A stretch of DNA of 64,000 bases, taken from the NCBI GenBank assembly GCA_964016885.1, contig OZ024743.1:140740001-140804000 (forward strand). Direction: 5' to 3'. Shown in pieces: positions 1 through 16,450 of this stretch. A program made the translations under genes and the position numbers. The notes beneath the pieces are model-generated. The model saw only the letters and a program-made list of their open reading frames with translations, was not told where the DNA came from and did no database searches. The first letter of the stretch is position 1, and every line of letters begins with the position of its first letter. This stretch comes from Eledone cirrhosa. Taxonomy: Eukaryota.

Positions 1-2849
1 CAAGCACCAAGCACCAAGCACCAAACACCAATCACCAAGCACCAAGCACCAAACACCAAGCACCCAGCACCATACACCAAACACCAAGCACCAAGCACCC
101 AGAACAAAGCACCAAGCACCAAACACCAAACACCAAACACCAAACACCAAGCACCAAGCACCAGACACCAAGCACCAAGCACCAAGCACCAAGCACCAAA
201 GACCAAGCACCAAGCTCCAAGCACCAAACACCAAGCACCAAACACCAAACACCAAGCACCAAGCACCAAACACCAAGCACCAAGCGCCAAACACCAAACT
301 CCAAGCACCAAGCACCAAACACCAAGCACCAACCACCAAGCACCAAACACCAAGCACCAAACAGCAAACACCAAGCACCAAACACCAAACACCAAGCACC
401 AAGCAAGAAACACCAAACACCAAGCACCAAACACCAATCACCAAGCCCCAAGCACCAAACACCAAGCACCAAGCACCAAACACCAAGCACCAAGCACCAA
501 GCACCATGCACCAAACACCAAGCACCAAGCACCAAACAGCAAACACCAAACAGCAAACACCAAACAGCAAACACCAAACAGCAAACACCAAACACCACAC
601 ACCAAACAGCAAACGCCAAAAAGCAAACGCCAAACTCCAAACACCAAACACCAAGCGCCAAGCACCAAACACCAAACACCAAGCACCAAGCACCAAACAC
701 CAAACACCAAGCACCAAGTACCAAACACCAAACACCAAGCACCAAACACCAAACAGCAAACGCAAAAAAGCAAACGCCAAACCCCATACGCCAAACAGCA
801 AATGCCAAACCCCAAATGCCAAACAGCAAACGCCAAGCACCAAACACCAAACACCAAGCGCCAAGCGCCAAGCACCAAGCACCAAGCACCAAGCACCAAG
901 CACCAAACACCAAACACCAAGCACCAATCACCAAACACCAAACACCAAGCGCCAAACACCAAACACCAAACACCTAGCACCAATCACCAATCAGCAAACA
1001 GCAAGCACCAAACGCCAAGCACCAAGCACCAAGCACCAAGCACCAAGCACCAAACACCAATCACCAAGCCCCAAGCACCAAACACCAAGCACCCAGCACC
1101 AAACACCAAACACCAAGCACCAAGCACCCAGAACAAAGCACCAAGCACCAAACACCAAGCACCAAGCACCAAGCACCAAGCACCAAACACCAATCACCAA
1201 GCCCCAAACACCAAACACCAAGCACCAAGCACCCAGAACCAAGCACCAAGCACCAAACACCAAACACCAAGCACCAAGCACCAAACACCAAACACCAAGC
1301 ACCAAGCACCAAGCACCAAGCACCAAACACCATACACCAAGCACCAAGGACCAAACACCAAAAACCAATCACCAAGCACCAAAGAGCAAACACCAAGCCC
1401 CAAGCACCAAACACCAAACACCAAACACCAAATAGCAAACACTAAACACCAAACACCAAACAGCAAACACAAAACACCAAATAGCAAACACCAAACAGCA
1501 AACACCAAACACCAAACAGCAAACACCAAACACCAACCAGGAAACACCAACCAGGAAACACCAAACACCAAGCACCAAGCCCCAAGCACCAAACACCAAG
1601 CACCAAGCACCAAACACCAAGCACCATGCACCAAGCACCATGCACCAAACACCAAGCACCAAGCACCAAACAGCAAACACCAAACAGTAAACACCAAACA
1701 CCAAACACCAACCAGCGAACACCAAATACCAAACACCAAACAGCAAACACCAAACAGCAAACACCAAACAGCAAACACCAAACACCAAACACCAAACAGC
1801 AAACGCCAAAAAGCAAACGCCAAACTCCAAACGCCAAACAGCAAACGCCAAGGACCAAACACCAAACACCAAGCACCAAGTACCACACATCAAACACCGA
1901 GCACCAAACACCAAACACCAGGCCCAAACACCAAGCACCAATCACCAAGCACCAAGCACCAAGCAACAAACATAAAGCACCAATCACCAAGCACCGAGCA
2001 CCAAGCACCAAGCACCAAGCACCAAACACCAAGCACCAAACACTAAACACCAAGCACCAAGCACCAATCACCAAACACCAAGCACCAAGCACCAAGCACC
2101 AAACACCAAACAGCAAGCACCAAGCACCAAACACCAAACACCAAGTACCAAGCCCAAAGCACCAAACCCCAAGCACCTAGCAGCAAGCCCCAAACACCAA
2201 ACACCAAGCACCAAGCACCAAGCACCAAGCACCAAGCACCAAGCACCAAGCACCAAACACCAATCACCAAGCCCCAAGCACCAAACACCAAGCACCAAGC
2301 ACCAAACACCAAACACCAAGCACCAAGCACCCAGAACCAAGCACCAAGCACCAAACACCAAACACCAACCACCAAGCACCAAACACCAAACACCAAGCAC
2401 CAAGCACCTAGCACCAAGCACCAAACACCAAGCACCAAGCACCAAACACCAAACACCAAACACCTAGCACCAAGCACCAAGCACCAAACACCAAGCACCA
2501 AACACCAAGCACCAAGCACCAAGCACCAAGCACCAAACACCAATCACCAAGCCCCAAGCACCAAACACCAAGCACCCAGCACCATACACCAAACACCAAG
2601 CACCAAGCACCCAGAACAAAGCACCAAGCACCAAACACCAAACACCAAGCTCCAAGCACCAAACACCAAACACGAAGCACCATGCACCAAGCACCAAGCA
2701 CCAAACACCAAACACCAAGCACCAAGCACCAAACACCAAACACCAAGCACCAATCACCATACACCAAGCACCAAGCACCAAACACCAAACACCAAGCACC
2801 AATCACCATACACCTAGCACCAAGCACCAAGCACCAAACACCAAGCACC

Positions 2850-5800
2850 AAACACCAAGCACCATGCACCAAGCACCAAGCACCAAACACCAATCACCAA
2901 GCCCCAAGCACCAAACACCAAGCACCAAGCACCAAACACCAAACACCAAGCACCAAGCACCCAGAACCAAGCACCAAGCACCAAACACCAAACACAAAGC
3001 ACCAAGCACCAAACACCAAACACCAAGCACCAAGCACCAAGCACCAAGTACCAAACACCATACACCAAGCACCAAGCACCAAACACCAAAAACCAATCAC
3101 CAAGCACCAAAGAGCAAACACCAAGCCCCAAGCACCAAACAACAAACACCAAACACCAAAAAGCAAACACTAAACACAAAACACCAAACAGCAAACACAA
3201 AACACCAAATAGCAAACACCAAACACCAACCAGGAAACACCAAACAGCAAACACCAAACAGCAAACGCCAAACAGCAAACACAAACACCAAACACCAAAC
3301 ACCAAGCACCAAGCACCAAGCACAAAACACCAAGCACCAAGCGCCAAGCACCAAACACCAAACACCAAACACCAAACAGCAAACACCAATCACCAAACAC
3401 CAGACACCAAACACCAAACAGCAAACACCAAACACCAAACAGCAAACACCAAACAGCAAACACCAAACAGCAAACACGAAACAGCAAACACCAAACAGCA
3501 AACACCAAACAGCAAACACTCAAACAGCAAACAGCAAACACCAAACTCCAAACACCAAGCACCAAGCACCAAACACCAAGCACCAAGCAACAAGCACCAA
3601 TCACCAAGCACAAAGCACTAAACACCAAACACCTAGCACCAAGCACCAAGCACCAAACACCAAGCACCAAGCACCAAGCACAAAACACCAAGCACCAAAG
3701 ACCAAGCCCCAAATACCAAGCACCAAGCACCAAACACTAATCACCAGGGACCAAGCACCAAACACCAAGAACCAAGCACCAAGCACTAAACACCAAACAC
3801 CAAGCACCAAGCACCAAACACCAAACACCAAGCACCAAGTACCAAACTCCAAACACCAAACACCAAGCACCAAGCACCAAATCCCAAGCACCAAACACCA
3901 AGCACCAATCACCAAACACCAAACACCAAGCGCCAAGCACCAAACACCAAGCACCAAGCACGAAACACCAAGCACCAAGCACCGAGCACCAAAAACCAAG
4001 TACCAAGCACCAATCACCAAACACCAAGCACCAAGCACCAAACACCAAACAGCAAGCACCAAGCACCAAGCACCAAACATAAAACAACAAGTACCAAGCA
4101 CCAAACACCAAACACCAAACACCAAACACCAAGCACAAAGCACCAAACACCAAACACCAAGCACCAAGCACCAAGCACCAGACACCAAGCACCAAGCACC
4201 AAGCACCAAGCACCAAAAACCAAGCACCAAGCTCCAAGGACCAAACACCAAGCACCAAACACCAAACACAAAGCACCAAGCACCAAACACCAAACACCAA
4301 GCACCAAGCACCAAACACCATACACCAAGCACCAATCACCAAACACCAAGCACCAAGCGCCAAACACCAAACACCAAACACCTAGCACCAAGCACCAAGC
4401 ACCGAACACCAAGCACCAAACACCAAGCACCAAGCACCAAGCACCAAGCACCAAACACCAATCACCAAGCCCCAAGCACCAAACACCAAGCACCAAGACC
4501 CAAACACCAAACACCAAGCACCATGCACCCAGAACCAAGCACCAAGCACCAAACACCAAACACCAAGCACCAAGCACCAAACACCAAACACCAAATCCCA
4601 AGCACCAAACACTATACACCAAGCACCAAGCACCAAACACCAAAAACCAATCACCAAGCACCAAAGAGCAAACACCAAGCCCCAAGCACCAAACACCAAA
4701 CACCAAACACCAAAAAGCAAACACTAAACACAAAACACCAAACAGCAAACACCAAACACCAAATAGCAAACACCAAACACCAACCAGGAAACACCAAACA
4801 GCAAACACCAAGCAGCAAACGCCAAACAGCAAACACAAACACCAAACAACAAACACCAAGCACCAAGCACCAAGCACAAAACACCAAGCACCAAGCGCCA
4901 AGCACCAAACACCAAACACCAAACACCAAACAGCAAACACCAATCACCAAACACCAGACACCAAACACCAAACAGCAAACACCAAACACCAAACAGCAAA
5001 CACCAAACACCAAACACCAAACAGCAAACACGAAACAGCAAACACCAAACAGCAAACAGCAAACACCAAACTCCAAACACCAAGCACCAAGCACCAAACA
5101 CCAAGCACCAAGCAACAAGCACCAATCACCAAGCACCAAGCACTAAACACCAAGCACCAAGCACCAAGCACCAAACACCAAGCACCAAAGACCAAGCCCC
5201 AAATACCAAGCACCAAGCACCAAACACTAATCACCAGGGACCAAGCACCAAACACCAAGAACCAAGCACCAAACACTAAACACCAAACACCAAGCACCAA
5301 GCACCAAACACCAAACACCAAGCACCAAGTACCAAACTCCAAACACCAAACACCAAGCACCAAGCACCAAATCCCAAGCACCAAACACCAAGCACCAATC
5401 ACCAAACACCAAACACCAAGCGCCAAGCACCAAACACCAAGCACCAAGCACGAAACACCAAGCACCAAGCACTGAGCACCAAACACCAAGTACCAAGCAC
5501 CAATCACCAAACACCAAGCACCAAGCACCAAACACCAAACAGCAAGCACCAAGCACCAAGCACCAAACATAAAACAACAAGTACCAAGCACCAAACACCA
5601 AACACCAAACACCAAACACCAAGCACAAAGCACCAAACACCAAACACCAAGCACCAAGCACCAGACACCAAGCACCAAGCACCAAGCACCAAGCACCAAA
5701 AACCAAGCACCAAGCTCCAAGGACCAAACACCAAGCACAAAACACCAAACACAAAGCACCAAGCACCAAACACCAAACACCAAGCACCAAGCACCAAACA

Positions 5801-8800
5801 CCAAACACCAAGCACCAATCACCAAACACCAAGCACCAAGCGCCAAACACCAAACACCAAACACCTAGCACCAAGCACCAAGCACCGAACACCTAGCACC
5901 AAACACCAAGCACCAAGCACCAAGCACCAAGCACCAAGCACCAAGCACCAAACACCAATCACCAAGCCCCAAGCACCAAACACCAAGCACCAAGACCCAA
6001 ACACCAGAAACCAAGCACCATGCACCCAGAACCAAGCACCAAGCACCAAACACCAAACACCAAGCACCAAGCACCAAACACCAAACACCAAGCACCAAGC
6101 ACCAAGCACCAAGCACCAAACACCATACACCAAGCACCAAGCACCAAACACCAAAAACCAATCACCAAGCACCAAAGAGCAAACACCAAGCCCCAAGCAC
6201 CAAACACCAAACACCAAACACCAAACAACAAACACTAAACAACAAACACCAAACAGCAAACACCAAACACCAAATAGCAAACACCAAACACCAACCAGGA
6301 AACACCAAACAGCAAACACCAAACAGCAATCGCCAAACAGCAAACACAAACACCAAACACCAAACAGCAAGCACCAAGCACCAAGCACAAAACACCAAGC
6401 ACAAGGCGCCAAGTACCAAACACCAAACACCAAACACCAAACAGCAAACACCAATCACCAAACACCAGACACCAAACACCAAACAGCAAACACCAAACAC
6501 CAAACAGCAAACACCAAACACCAAACACCAAACAGCAAACACCAAACAGCAAACACCAAGCACCAAACACCATACACCAAGCACCAAGCACCAAACACCA
6601 AAAACCAATCACCAAGCACCAAAGAGCAAACACCAAGCCCCAAGCACCAAACACCAAACACCAAACACCAAACAACAAACACTAAACAACAAACACCAAA
6701 CAGCAAACACCAAACACCAAATAGCAAACACCAAACACCAACCAGGAAACACCAAACAGCAAACACCAAACAGCAATCGCCAAACAGCAAACACAAACAC
6801 CAAACACCAAACAGCAAGCACCAAGCACCAAGCACAAAACACCAAGCACCAAGCGCCAAGCACCAAACACCAAACACCAAACACCAAACAGCAAACACCA
6901 ATCACCAAACACCAGACACCAAACACGAAACAGCAAACACCAAACACCAAACAGCAAACACCAAACACCAAACACCAAACAGCAAACACGAAACAGCAAA
7001 CACCAAACAGCAAACACCAAACAGCAAACACTCAAACAGCAAACAGCAAACACCAAACTCCAAACACCAAGCACCAAGCACCAAACACCAAGCACCAAGC
7101 AACAAGCACCAATCACCAAGCACCAAGCACTAAACACCAAACACCTAGCACCAAGCACCAGGCACCAAACACCAAGCACCAAGCACCAAGCACCAAACAC
7201 CAAGCACCAAAGACCAAGCCCCAAATACCAAGCACCAAGCACCAAACACCAATCACCAGGCACCAAGCACCAAACACCAAGAACCAAGCACCAAGCACTA
7301 AACACCAAATACCAAGCACCAAGCACCAAACACCAAACACCAAGCACCAAGTACCAAACTCCAAACACCAAACACCAAGCACCAAGCACCAAATCCCAAG
7401 CACCAAACACCAAGCACCAATCACCAAACACCAAACACCAAGCGCCAAGCACCAAACACCAAGCACCAAGCACGAAACACCAAGCACCAAGCACCGAGCA
7501 CCAAAAACCAAGTACCAAGCACCAATCACCAAACACCAAGCACCAAGCACCAAACACCAAACAGCAAGCACCAAGCACCAAGCACCAAACATAAAACAAC
7601 AAGTACCAAGCACCAAACACCAAACACCAAACACCAAACACCAAGCACAAAGCACCAAACACCAAACACCAAGCACCAAGCACCAGACACCAAGCACCAA
7701 GCACCAAGCACCAAGCACCAAAAACCAAGCACCAAGCTCCAAGCACCAAACACCAAGCACCAAACACCAAACACAAAGCACCAAGCACCAAACACCAAAC
7801 ACCAAGCGCCAAGCACCAAACACCAAGCACCAAGCACGAAACACCAAGCACCAAGCACCGAGCACCAAACACCAAGTACCAAGCACCAATCACCAAACAC
7901 CAAGCACCAAGCACCAAACACCAAACAGCAAGCACCAAGCACCAAGCACCAAACATAAAACAACAAGTACCAAGCACCAAACACCAAACACCAAACACCA
8001 AACACCAAGCACAAAGCACCAAACACCAAACACCAAGCACCAAGCACCAGACACCAAGCACCAAGCACCAAGCACCAAGCACCAAAAACCAAGCACCAAG
8101 CTCCAAGGACCAAACACCAAGCACCAAACACCAAACACAAAGCACCAAGCACCAAACACCAAACACCAAGCACCAAGCACCAAACACCAAACACCAAGCA
8201 CCAATCATCAAACACCAAGCACCAAGCGCCAAACACCAAACACCAAACACCTAGCACCAAGCACCAAGCACCGAACACCAAGCACCAAACACCAAGCACC
8301 AAGCACCAAACACCAAGCACCAAGACCCAAACACCAAACACCAAGCACCATGCACCCAGAACCAAGCACCAAGCACCAAACACCAAACACCAAGCACCAA
8401 GCACCAAACACCAAACACCAAGCACCAAGCACCAAGCACCAAGCATCAAATACCATACACCAAGCACCAAGCACCAAACACCAAAAACCAATCACCAAGC
8501 ACCAAAGAGCAAACACCAAGCCCCAAGCACCAAACACCAAACACCAAACACCAAAAAGCAAACACTAAACACAAAACACCAAACAGCAAACACCAAACAC
8601 CAAATAGCAAACACCAAACACCAACCAGGAAACACCAAACAGCAAACACCAAACAGCAAACGCCAAACAGCAAACACAAACACCAAACAACAAACACCAA
8701 GCACCAAGCACCAAGCACAAAACACCAAGCACCAAGCGCCAAGCACCAAACAGCAAACACCAAACACCAAACAGCAAACACCAATCACCAAACACCAGAC

Positions 8801-11800
8801 ACCAAACACCAAACAGCAAACACCAAACACCAAACAGCAAACACCAAACACCAAACACCAAACAGCAAACACGAAACAGCAAACACCAAACAGCAAACAC
8901 CAAACAGCAAACACCAAACAGCAAACAGCAAACACCAAACTCCAAACACCAAGCACCAAGCACCAAACACCAAGCACCAAGCAACAAGCACCAATCACCA
9001 AGCACCAAGCACTAAACACCAAGCACCTAGCACCAAGCACCAAGCACCAAACACCAAGCACCAAGCACCAAGCACCAAACACCAAGCACCAAAGACCCAG
9101 CCCCAAATACCAAGCACCAAGCACCAAACACTAATCACCAGGGACCAAGCACCAAACACCAAGAACCAAGCACCAAACACTAAACACCAAACACCAAGCA
9201 CCAAGCACCAAACACCAAACACCAAGCACCAAGTACCAAACTCCAAACACCAAACACCAAGCACCAAGCACCAAATCCCAAGCACCAAACACCAAGCACC
9301 AATCACCAAACACCAAACACCAAGCGCCAAGCACCAAACACCAAGCACCAAGCACGAAACACCAAGCACCAAGCACTGAGCACCAAACACCAAGTACCAA
9401 GCACCAATCACCAAACACCAAGCACCAAGCACCAAACACCAAACAGCAAGCACCAAGCACCAAGCACCAAACATAAAACAACAAGTACCAAGCACCAAAC
9501 ACCAAACACCAAACACCAAACACCAAGCACAAAGCACCAAACACCAAACACCAAGCACCAAGCACCAGACACCAAGCACCAAGCACCAAGCACCAAGCAC
9601 CAAAAACCAAGCACCAAGCTCCAAGGACCAAACACCAAGCACCAAACACCAAACACAAAGCACCAAGCACCAAACACCAAACACCAAGCACCAAGCACCA
9701 AACACCATACACCAAGCACCAATCACCAAACACCAAGCACCAAGCGCCAAACACCAAACACCAAACACCTAGCACCAAGCACCAAGCACCGAACACCAAG
9801 CACCAAACACCAAGCACCAAGCACCAAGCACCAAGCACCAAACACCAATCACCAAGCCCCAAGCACCAAACACCAAGCACCAAGACCCAAACACCAAACA
9901 CCAAGCACCATGCACCCAGAACCAAGCACCAAGCACCAAACACCAAACACCAAGCACCAAGCACCAAACACCAAACACCAAGCACCAAGCACCAAACACT
10001 ATACACCAAGCACCAAGCACCAAACACCAAAAACCAATCACCAAGCACCAAAGAGCAAACACCAAGCCCCAAGCACCAAACACCAAACACCAAACACCAA
10101 AAAGCAAACACTAAACACAAAACACCAAACAGCAGACACCAAACACCAAATAGCAAACACCAAACACCAACCAGGAAACAGCAAACACCAAACAGCAAAC
10201 GCCAAACAGCAAACACAAACACCAAACACCAAACACCAAGCACCAAGCACCAAGCACAAAACACCAAGCACCAAGCGCCAAGCACCAAACACCAAACACC
10301 AAACACCAAACAGCAAACACCAATCACCAAACACCAGACACCAAACACCAAACAGCAAACACCAAACACCAAACAGCAAACACCAAACACCAAACACCAA
10401 ACAGCAAACACGAAACAGCAAACACTAAACAGCAAACACCAAACAGCAAACACCAAACAGCAAACAGCAAACACCAAACTCCAAACACAAAGCACCAAGC
10501 ACCAAACACCAAGCACCAAGCAACAAGCACCAATCACCAAGCACCAAGCACTAAACACCAAACACCTAGCACCAAGTAACAAGCACCAAACACCAAGCAC
10601 CAAGCACCAAGCACCAAACACCAAGCACCAAAGACCAAGCCCCAAATACCAAGCACCAAGCACCAAACACTAATCACCAGGGACCAAGCACCAAACACCA
10701 AGAACCAAGCACCAAGCACTAAACACCAAACACCAAGCACCAAACACCAAACACCAAGCACCAAGTACCAAACTCCAAACACCAAACACCAAGCACCAAG
10801 CACCAAATCCCAAGCACCAAACACCAAGCACCAATCACCAAACACCAAACACCAAGCGCCAAGCACCAAACACCAAGCACCAAGCACGAAACACCAAGCA
10901 CCAAGCACCGAGCACCAAACACCAAGTACCAAGCACCAATCACCAAACACCAAGCACCAAGCACCAAACACCAAACAGCAAGCACCAAGCACCAAGCACC
11001 AAACATAAAACAACAAGTACCAAGCACCAAACACCAAACACCAAACACCAAACACCAAGCACAAAGCACCAAACACCAAACACCAAGCACCAAGCACCAG
11101 ACACCAAGCACCAAGCACCAAGCACCAAGCACCAAAAACCAAGCACCAAGCTCCAAGGACCAAACACCAAGCACCAAACACCAAACACAAAGCACCAAGC
11201 ACCAAACACCAAACACCAAGCACCAAGCACCAAACACCAAACACCAAGCACCAATCACCAAACACCAAGCACCAAGCGCCAAACACCAAACACCTAGCAC
11301 CAAGCACCAAGCACCGAACACCAAGCACCAAACACCAAGCACCAAGCACCAAACACCAAGCACCAAGACCCAAACACCAAACACCAAGCACCATGCACCC
11401 AGAACCAAGCACCAAGCACCAAACACCAAACACCAAGCACCAAGCACCAAACACCAAACACCAAGCACCAAGCACCAAGCACCAAGCACCAAATACCATA
11501 CACCAAGCACCAAGCACCAAACACCAAAAACCAATCACCAAGCACCAAAGAGCAAACACCAAGCCCCAAGCACCAAACACCAAACACCAAACACCAAAAA
11601 GCAAACACTAAACACAAAACACCAAACAGCAAACACCAAACACCAAATAGCAAACACCAAACACCAACCAGGAAACACCAAACAGCAAACACCAAACAGC
11701 AAACGCCAAACAGCAAACACAAACACCAAACAACAAACACCAAGCACCAAGCACCAAGCACAAAACACCAAGCACCAAGCGCCAAGCACCAAACACCAAA

Positions 11801-14800
11801 CACCAAACACCAAACAGCAAACACCAATCACCAAACACCAGACACCAAACACCAAACAGCAAACACCAAACACCAAACAGCAAACACCAAACACCAAACA
11901 CCAAACAGCAAACACGAAACAGCAAACACCAAACAGCAAACACCAAACAGCAAACACCAAACAGCAAACAGCAAACACCAAACTCCAAACACCAAGCACC
12001 AAGCACCAAACACCAAGCACCAAGCAACAAGCACCAATCACCAAGCACCAAGCACTAAACACCAAGCACCTAGCACCAAGCACCAAGCACCAAACACCAA
12101 GCACCAAGCACCAAGCACCAAACACCAAGCACCAAAGACCAAGCCCCAAATACCAAGCACCAAGCACCAAACACTAATCACAAGGGACCAAGTACCAAAC
12201 ACCAAGAACCAAGCACCAAACACTAAACACCAAACACCAAGCACCAAGCACCAAACACCAAACACCAAGCACCAAGTACCAAACTCCAAACACCAAACAC
12301 CAAGCACCAAGCACCAAATCCCAAGCACCAAACACCAAGCACCAATCACCAAACACCAAACACCAAGCGCCAAGCACCAAACACCAAGCACCAAGCACGA
12401 AACACCAAGCACCAAGCACTGAGCACCAAACACCAAGTACCAAGCACCAATCACCAAACACCAAGCCCCAAGCACCAAACACCAAACAGCAAGCACCAAG
12501 CACCAAGCACCAAACATAAAACAACAAGTACCAAGCACCAAACACCAAACACCAAACAGCAAACACCAAGCACAAAGCACCAAACACCAAACACCAAGCA
12601 CCAAGCACCAGACACCAAGCACCAAGCACCAAGCACCAAGCACCAAAAACCAAGCACCAAGCTCCAAGGACCAAAGAACCAAGCACAAAACACCAAATAC
12701 AAAGCACCAAGCACCAAACACCAAACAGCAAACACCAAACACCAAACACCAAACAGCAAACACGAAACAGCAAACACTAAACAGCAAACACCAAACAGCA
12801 AACACCAAACAGCAAACAGCAAACACCAAACTCCAAACACAAAGCACCAAGCACCAAACACCAAGCACCAAGCAACAAGCACCAATCACCAAGCACCAAG
12901 CACTAAACACCAAACACCTAGCACCAAGCAACAAGCACCAAACACCAAGCACCAAGCACCAAGCACCAAACACCAAGCACCAAAGACCAAGCCCCAAATA
13001 CCAAGCACCAAGCACCAAACACTAATCACCAGGGACCAAGCACCAAACACCAAGAACCAAGCACCAAGCACTAAACACCAAACACCAAGCACCAAACACC
13101 AAACACCAAGCACCAAGTACCAAACTCCAAACACCAAACACCAAGCACCAAGCACCGAATCCCAAGCACCAAACACCAAGCACCAATCACCAAACACCAA
13201 ACACCAAGCGCCAAGCACCAAACACCAAGCACCAAGCACGAAACACCAAGCACCAAGCACCGAGCACCAAACACCAAGTACCAAGCACCAATCACCAAAC
13301 ACCAAGCACCAAGCACCAAACACCAAACAGCAAGCACCAAGCACCAAGCACCAAACATAAAACAACAAGTACCAAGCACCAAACACCAAACACCAAACAC
13401 CAAACACCAAGCACAAAGCACCAAACACCAAACACCAAGCACCAAGCACCAGACACCAAGCACCAAGCACCAAGCACCAAGCACCAAAAACCAAGCACCA
13501 AGCTCCAAGGACCAAACACCAAGCACCAAACACCAAACACAAAGCACCAAGCACCAAACACCAAACACCAAGCACCAAGCACCAAACACCAAACACCAAG
13601 CACCAATCACCAAACACCAAGCACCAAGCGCCAAACACCAAACACCAAACACCTAGCACCAAGCACCAAGCACCGAACACCAAGCACCAAACACCAAGCA
13701 CCAAGCACCAAACACCAAGCACCAAGACCCAAACACCAAACACCAAGCACCATGCACCCAGAACCAAGCACCAAGCACCAAACACCAAACACCAAGCACC
13801 AAGCACCAAACACCAAACACCAAGCACCAAGCACCAAGCACCAAGCACCAAATACCATACACCAAGCACCAAGCACCAAACACCAAAAACCAATCACCAA
13901 GCACCAAAGAGCAAACACCAAGCCCCAAGCACCAAACACCAAACACCAAACACCAAAAAGCAAACACTAAACACAAAACACCAAACAGCAAACACCAAAC
14001 ACCAAATAGCAAACACCAAACACCAACCAGGAAACACCAAACAGCAAACACCAAACAGCAAACGCCAAACAGCAAACACAAACACCAAACAACAAACACC
14101 AAGCACCAAGCACCAAGCACAAAACACCAAGCACCAAGCGCCAAGCACCAAACACCAAACACCAAACACCAAACAGCAAACACCAATCACCAAACACCAG
14201 ACACCAAACACCAAACAGCAAACACCAAACACCAAACAGCAAACACCAAACACCAAACACCAAACAGCAAACACGAAACAGCAAACACCAAACAGCAAAC
14301 ACCAAACAGCAAACACCAAACAGCAAACAGCAAACACCAAACTCCAAACACCAAGCACCAAGCACCAAACACCAAGCACCAAGCAACAAGCACCAATCAC
14401 CAAGCACCAAGCACTAAACACCAAGCACCTAGCACCAAGCACCAAGCACCAAACACCAAGCACCAAGCACCAAGCAGCAAACACCAAGCACCAAAGACCA
14501 AGCCCCAAATACCAAGCACCAAGCACCAAACACTAATCACAAGGGACCAAGCACCAAACACCAAGAACCAAGCACCAAACACTAAACACCAAACACCAAG
14601 CACCAAGCACCAAACACCAAACACCAAGCACCAAGTACCAAACTCCAAACACCAAACACCAAGCACCAAGCACCAAATCCCAAGCACCAAACACCAAGCA
14701 CCAATCACCAAACACCAAACACCAAGCGCCAAGCACCAAACACCAAGCACCAAGCACGAAACACCAAGCACCAAGCACTGAGCACCAAACACCAAGTACC

Positions 14801-16450
14801 AAGCACCAATCACCAAACACCAAGCACCAAGCACCAAACACCAAACAGCAAGCACCAAGCACCAAGCACCAAACATAAAACAACAAGTACCAAGCACCAA
14901 ACACCAAACACCAAACACCAAACACCAAGCACAAAGCACCAAACACCAAACACCAAGCACCAAGCACCAGACACCAAGCACCAAGCACCAAGCACCAAGC
15001 ACCAAAAACCAAGCACCAAGCTCCAAGGACCAAACACCAAGCACAAAACACCAAACACAAAGCACCAAGCACCAAACACCAAACACCAAGCACCAAGCAC
15101 CAAACACCAAACACCAAGCACCAATCACCAAACACCAAGCACCAAGCGCCAAACACCAAACACCAAACACCTAGCACCAAGCACCAAGCACCGAACACCA
15201 AGCACCAAACACCAAGCACCAAGCACCAAGCACCAAGCACCAAGCACCAAACACCAATCACCAAGCCCCAAGCACCAAACACCAAGCACCAAGACCCAAA
15301 CACCAGAAACCAAGCACCATGCACCCAGAACCAAGCACCAAGCACCAAACACCAAACACCAAGCACCAAGCACCAAACACCAAACACCAAGCACCAAGCA
15401 CCAAGCACCAAGCACCAAACACCATACACCAAGCACCAAGCACCAAACACCAAAAACCAATCACCAAGCACCAAAGAGCAAACACCAAGCCCCAAGCACC
15501 AAACACCAAACACCAAACACCAAACAACAAACACTAAACAACAAACACCAAACAGCAAACACCAAACACCAAATAGCAAACACCAAACACCAACCAGGAA
15601 ACACCAAACAGCAAACACCAAACAGCAATCGCTAAACAGCAAACACAAACACCAAACACCAAACAGCAAGCACCAAGCACCAAGCACAAAACACCAAGCA
15701 CCAGGCGCCAAGTACCAAACACCAAACACCAAACACCAAACAGCAAACACCAATCACCAAACACCAGACACCAAACACCAAACAGCAAACACCAAACACC
15801 AAACAGCAAACACCAAACACCAAACACCAAACAGCAAACACCAAACAGCAAACACCAAACACCAAGCACCAAGCACCAAACACCAAGCACCAAGCAACAA
15901 ACACCAATCACCAAGCACCAAGCACTAAAAACCAAACACCCAGCACCAAGCACCAAGCACCAAAGACCAAGCACCAAGCACCAAGCACCAAACACCAAGC
16001 ACCAAAGACCAAGCCCCAAATACCAAGCACCAAGCACCAAACACCAATCACCAGGTACCAAGCACCAAACACCAAGAACCAAGCACCAAGCACTAAACAC
16101 CAAATACCAAGCACCAAGCACCAAACTCCAAACACCAAGCACCAAGTACCAAACTCCAAACACCAAACACCAAGCACCAAGCACCAAATCCCAAGCACCA
16201 AACACCAAGCACCAATCACCAAACACCAAACACCAAGCACCAAGCACCAAACACCAAAAACCAAGCACCAAGCACCAAGCACCAAACACCAAACGCCAAA
16301 CACCGAACACCAAGTACCAAGCGCCAAACACCAAGCACCAAGCGCCAAAGACCAAACACCAGGCACCAAGCACGAAACACCAAGCACCAAGCACCAAACA
16401 CCAAGAACCAAGCACCAAACACCAGACAGCAAGCACCAAGCACCAAACAC
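2850..16450 (+). repeat. Higher-order repeat domain A, unit ~1.5 kb (~217 heptamers), with internal deletions and duplications
   Basis: The rare marker CATAAAACAACAAGTACC starts at 4078, 5568, 7590, 7954, 9472, 11004, 12515, 13356 and 14874. Full-unit spacings are 1490, 1518, 1532, 1511 and 1518 bp. The markers ATGCACCCAGAACC and AACCAGGAAAC recur in the same order. Boundaries are approximate. Confidence 0.9.

Noticed and set aside
6020-6238. Recurrent 72-aa ORF MHPEPSTKHQ... (6020, 8350, 11393, 13752, 15319, 16452, 21363, 25302, 29814) resembling a multicopy gene
   Set aside because: It is defined only by a chance ATG variant and a TAA variant carried in the HOR. It is useful as an HOR marker but is not evidence of a gene.
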